Source: Candidatus Latescibacterota bacterium
GTDB lineage: Bacteria > Latescibacterota > UBA2968
DNA: 64,000 nucleotides
Assembly: GCA_965222605.1 (NCBI GenBank)
Contig: OZ244960.1
Coordinates: forward strand, 1,696,001-1,760,000
Reading direction: 5' to 3'
Part shown: in pieces, positions 60,157 to 64,000 of the stretch
How the letters are laid out: every line of letters starts with the position of its first letter
How positions within the stretch are numbered: position 1 is the first letter of the stretch
Notes under the pieces: model-generated
Seen by the model: only the letters and a program-made list of their open reading frames with translations
Told to the model about the DNA's origin: nothing
The model's database searches: none
Made by a program: the position numbers and the translations under genes

Positions 60157-61110
60157 TTAGATTATACAAACGTCCCTTATTTGTTGCGTCAATAGCATTT
60201 CGTGCGTCTCCAACCCGTGCATAGCTCCTGACTCGATAAAATACAGCCCATATGCGAGGGCAATCCCCACGAGGAACGACACAGTGAGCTTGGCGCGATC
60301 ATGACTGTGGAAATGGATCTCCGGCAGCAGATCGCTCAGGGAAATACACAGAAACGCGCCGGCTGCCAGGACCAGCACATAACCGACCACCTGCTCCTCC
60401 CACTGCCCCAGGAACCCAATCCCCAAAAAAGTCAACAAGGCCACCACCGGGCAGAGCATGGCGAATCCGATATTAACTGCCATACGAGTACGGACGCTAT
60501 GGCCAGCGGCCTGCAACAAACCGATAATGGAAAACGCGTCGAGTGGCTTGTGCAAAAGAATCGCAAGAAACACCCCCAGTCCTGCTAAACCGGCTTCGCC
60601 CCCATGTATTTCACCAACCCGAATGCTGGTACCCAGGGCGATGCCCTCGGTCACCGTATGCAGTCCCAGACCCAGGCCGATGCCCATCAACCTACTCTCG
60701 GAACTGCCGTGGGCATGATCGTGCGCATGCTCGTGGAGGAAATCACCGACCTCGTCGCTGAAGTCGTGCTGATGAAAGTGAAAGATACGCAGCAACAACA
60801 CCATCAGTATGATGCCGAGCATCATCAATCCCACGGCTTTTTCGACAGCACCTGGCTCGGGAATCAAAACCAGGCCGTGTGGCAGGAGATGATACAGAGC
60901 GACGCCAAGTATAAAACCCGCGACAAAACTCATCACTATCTGGATGCGCGTATGCGTCATGGTAACAATTGCCGGCAGATGTCCACCGAGCAAAGACGCG
61001 GCAATAATAGCGACGGAGTATCCTATGAAAAGTGGTAGAAAATTCGAATCCAAGTGGTTTAAACCTGAATTAAGCTCAAATGATCTGAGCTGGGTTGGGA
61101 TATATGTCAA
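60157..61110 (-). CDS. ZIP-family zinc transporter
   Basis: HLLPH, His-rich loop, LHTVTEGIAL, AILLHKPLD, DLLPE. Confidence 0.88.
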   Translation of the reverse strand: MTYIPTQLRSFELNSGLNHLDSNFLPLFIGYSVAIIAASLLGGHLPAIVTMTHTRIQIVMSFVAGFILGVALYHLLPHGLVLIPEPGAVEKAVGLMMLGIILMVLLLRIFHFHQHDFSDEVGDFLHEHAHDHAHGSSESRLMGIGLGLGLHTVTEGIALGTSIRVGEIHGGEAGLAGLGVFLAILLHKPLDAFSIIGLLQAAGHSVRTRMAVNIGFAMLCPVVALLTFLGIGFLGQWEEQVVGYVLVLAAGAFLCISLSDLLPEIHFHSHDRAKLTVSFLVGIALAYGLYFIESGAMHGLETHEMLLTQQIRDVCII

Positions 61111-62462
61111 AGCTTGAACAGGGGGCGGAGATTAAACAGCAGATCCTCATAGCCGCTCTTAAAAGCACCTGCGCGGAATCGCCAGACGATCAGGGCGATC
61201 AGGGCAAAGGCACTACCCCATTGTATGAGCTGAATGGTCGTTGACTCCGAGGGACCGAGATACAGGGGAACCGTCACGTCGATGGCGAAAAGCAGAATAT
61301 CAATTGTGATACCCAGAACGACAGTCACTGCAATCACTGCTGAGACATAGATGGATGCAAAGCGTGACCCGAACTGGCTGACGATGATCGCAATAGTACC
61401 CGTGTTAGTCGCCGGTCCAGTCATGAGAAAAATCATCGCCGCTCCAGGGCTGAATCCCTTGGCGACCAGCGCGGCGGCTATTGGAGTACTCGCGGACGCG
61501 CAGATATAAAGAGGTACACCAACCAGCACCATGACGGGGTAGGACAACCAGCGCGCATACTCATTTGACATCAGATCGCTCGGAATTACCAGGTAGAGTA
61601 CGCCGCCCAGTGCGACGCCCACGAGCAGCGCAAACAGAATATCGTCCGCTATTTCGACAAAGCCATAGCGGAAAATATGCCTGACGACTTTTTTAAAAGT
61701 CAGATCGTCCGCAGAAATTTGTTTGTCGTCGGCTCGAACCATATCGCGTTTGTTATAACCGATCGCGCCGGTGATCATCCTCATCCAGCTAAAAAATAAC
61801 GCCTTCAGTTGTGAGGGACTAACGTAGCAATCGTCGCTTCCAGGCACCAGAGCTTCGTGCCCATGGTCGTGGTCACAGTCATGGTCGTGATCATGGTCGT
61901 GATCGTGCTCTTTTGCCCTGGCCTCGTCGCTGTCATCTCTTATGAGGCCGATACAAAAGATACCAGCTACCACCGCGGTAATAAAGCTGATGAAGGGCCT
62001 GACAATAGCAGCGATGATTCCAAAGAACGCGTTCGTGACCAGAATCGAATCCGCACCTGTTTCCGGCGCCGTTATCAAGAAAGACATACAGGACGAACGG
62101 GACGCGCCCTTATTGCGCATCTCGGCAACTACTGGCACAACCGAGCAACTACAAAGAGGCACGGGCACGCCAACAGCCGCACTTGTGCTCACGGATTTCA
62201 AGCTATCTTCGCGCAACCATCGCAGAATAGCCTCACGCGAAATAAAAACATGAATCAGACCAGAAAGAAATAGCCCCAGAATTAGCATAGGTGCTAATAA
62301 CAGAAACGACATCAAAAGAAAATCAAAGAAACTGGTCAATATTTGTATTAAGCCAATACTTGTACTAATTGGAGAATCAATAGCCCTCACCCCTCTGATG
62401 GGAAGCATAATGTTTTGATCACATATAATAATAATTCGGATTATAAGGTAATATCCCCACAC
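61107..62462 (-). CDS. SO_0444/ArsP-like metal permease; start uncertain
   Basis: PLCSCSVVP, PETGADS, (HD)n loop, PLYICASASTP, GPATN. Confidence 0.88.
   Translation of the reverse strand: MWGYYLIIRIIIICDQNIMLPIRGVRAIDSPISTSIGLIQILTSFFDFLLMSFLLLAPMLILGLFLSGLIHVFISREAILRWLREDSLKSVSTSAAVGVPVPLCSCSVVPVVAEMRNKGASRSSCMSFLITAPETGADSILVTNAFFGIIAAIVRPFISFITAVVAGIFCIGLIRDDSDEARAKEHDHDHDHDHDCDHDHGHEALVPGSDDCYVSPSQLKALFFSWMRMITGAIGYNKRDMVRADDKQISADDLTFKKVVRHIFRYGFVEIADDILFALLVGVALGGVLYLVIPSDLMSNEYARWLSYPVMVLVGVPLYICASASTPIAAALVAKGFSPGAAMIFLMTGPATNTGTIAIIVSQFGSRFASIYVSAVIAVTVVLGITIDILLFAIDVTVPLYLGPSESTTIQLIQWGSAFALIALIVWRFRAGAFKSGYEDLLFNLRPLFKL
61855..61910. repeat. Hexamer repeat encoding HDHDHDHDCDHDHGH
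   Basis: Tandem ATGGTC/GTGATC units. Confidence 0.8.
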
Positions 62463-62486
62463 TGCAAGAGCAAAATATAACAGCGT

Positions 62487-64000
62487 TTACTGCCGTCGCG
62501 TTTCGATCCACTCGTAGATCACCGGCAGCAGCACGAGTGTCAGCAAAGTCGAAGTGATCAAACCACCGACCACCACCGAAGCGAGCGGACGCTGCGTTTC
62601 AGCACCAACACCCGTCGCCAACAACAAGGGCACCAATCCGAGAATGGACGTACTCGCGGTCATCAAAACTGGACGCAAACGCAACTCCGCCCCCCGTCGC
62701 ACAGCCTCTGCGACACCGAGTCCTTTTTCCCGCAACCCATTGATAAAACTCACCAGCACAATGCCATTCAACATCGCCACGCCAAACACCGCGATAAATC
62801 CAATCGCCGAAGGCACGGACACGTATTGTCCACTGATAAAAAGAACTACCATCCCTCCAATTGTCGCAAACGGCACATTGGCGATAATCAGCGCGGCGTA
62901 CTTAACCGAATTAAATGCAGTGTAGAGCAACACAAAAATAAAAAAGATCGTCAATGGCACGATCACCGACAAACGCGCCAACGCCCGCTGTTGATTCTCG
63001 AACGCACCACCCCACTCGATCCAATAGCCCGGAGGCAAGTCAATCTGTGCATCAATAGCCGCATTGGCATCGCGCACAAAACCATCGACATCGCGCCCCC
63101 GAACATCCATCTGGATCACTGCGTAACGCTGCAATTGCTCGCGACGCACAAAAGAGTAGCCTTCCGCAACGCTGACATCTGCAACAGTCGCGAGTGGCAC
63201 AATCGCACCATCGCTTGTTTTCAATGGAATGCGCTGAATCGACTGCACTGACGCTTTTGATCGGTCATCGAATCGCGCCGTAATATCGAAGCGGCGTACG
63301 CCGTCAATCAAAGTCGAGACCGGCTCATTGCCGATGCCGGTTCGGACAACGGACAACACATCGTCTGCATTCACCCCAAACCGAGCGAGTTGATCGCGTT
63401 TGACCTGAATGCGGATCTGTGGCTTGCCGACATTGGCCTCAAGCGATAGATCTGCCACACCCTCAACTTCGGCAATGACGTCTTTGACTTCCTCGCTCAA
63501 CCGATCGAGCACTGTTAGGTCCTCACCGTAAATCTTGGCGGCAAGCGTGGCGCGAACTCCTGAGATCAGTTCCTCTACGCGCATCTGAATCGGCTGAGTA
63601 AAAGCGATAACAGCCGTCGGTACCACCACTTCTAACTCCTCGCGCATAGCCTCAGCAAGGACCTGGATATCGCGGTCTCCAAGCCATTCGCTCTCGGGCT
63701 TGAGTGCCGTATAAATCTCCATGTAATTGGCGTCGGCGGTTTCGCCTTTCTCGGCACGACCGATCATTGCCACGGTGGTTTCAACCTCCGGGAATTTTGA
63801 CAGTGTGTTCTCGATATCCTTGGAAATCTCGATTGAATGTTGGAGCGAAGCCGAAGGTATCGAAGTCACGCGCCACATGATTGACCCTTCCTGCAGTTGC
63901 GGCATGAACTCTTTTCCGAGGAGGGGGAACAGCGCCATGCTCGCAACGAGCAAACCCACTGCACAGCCAACAACCACTTTTCTATTCGCCAATGACCAGG
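62487..64000 (-). CDS. CusA/CzcA heavy-metal RND efflux permease, N-terminus outside the window
   Basis: EFMPQLQEG, TQPIQMRVEELISGVR, WGGAFENQQRA, GFIAVFGVAMLNG, RLRPVLMT. Confidence 0.93.
   Translation of the reverse strand, partial: WSLANRKVVVGCAVGLLVASMALFPLLGKEFMPQLQEGSIMWRVTSIPSASLQHSIEISKDIENTLSKFPEVETTVAMIGRAEKGETADANYMEIYTALKPESEWLGDRDIQVLAEAMREELEVVVPTAVIAFTQPIQMRVEELISGVRATLAAKIYGEDLTVLDRLSEEVKDVIAEVEGVADLSLEANVGKPQIRIQVKRDQLARFGVNADDVLSVVRTGIGNEPVSTLIDGVRRFDITARFDDRSKASVQSIQRIPLKTSDGAIVPLATVADVSVAEGYSFVRREQLQRYAVIQMDVRGRDVDGFVRDANAAIDAQIDLPPGYWIEWGGAFENQQRALARLSVIVPLTIFFIFVLLYTAFNSVKYAALIIANVPFATIGGMVVLFISGQYVSVPSAIGFIAVFGVAMLNGIVLVSFINGLREKGLGVAEAVRRGAELRLRPVLMTASTSILGLVPLLLATGVGAETQRPLASVVVGGLITSTLLTLVLLPVIYEWIETRRQ

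Noticed and set aside
1-64000. CRISPR array, tRNA, rRNA, prophage or integrase
   Set aside because: No regularly spaced repeats, cloverleaf signatures or phage/integrase motifs were seen by eye

Overview
A bacterial chromosomal segment with most genes on the minus strand. The TonB receptor/T9SS cargo/PorV operon, dockerin-like EF-hand tail, sulfatases and Uma2 gene suggest an FCB-group organism such as Latescibacterota or a relative (inference only). In order, the window holds: a small toxin-antitoxin-like cluster; SelA-like and Nramp genes; an IF-1 with an unusual RG-rich tail; a sugar-acid catabolic cluster; a TonB receptor + T9SS cargo + PorV operon with a domain-shuffled paralog of the cargo; coxD/E/F-like maturation genes; a complete pstSCAB-phoU operon divergent from ppk1; two sulfatases; an AT-rich NruI-like C-R-M restriction island next to a tnpA-degenerate IS605/TnpB element; a Rieske + amidohydrolase-fold pair; and a metal-efflux cluster. 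The most novel signals are non-coding. (1) A second Pho-box array downstream of phoU appears to drive a ~57-nt RNA whose 5' seed is complementary to the pstS leader and Shine-Dalgarno. (2) A ~90-nt rod-like RNA lies between infA and the Nramp gene. (3) A 17/20-nt complement of the 16S rRNA 3' end sits in the TonB receptor leader. (4) A shared palindromic operator occurs at both the C and M promoters of the RM island. No rRNA, tRNA or CRISPR array was seen. All family calls come from motif recognition by eye, not database searches.
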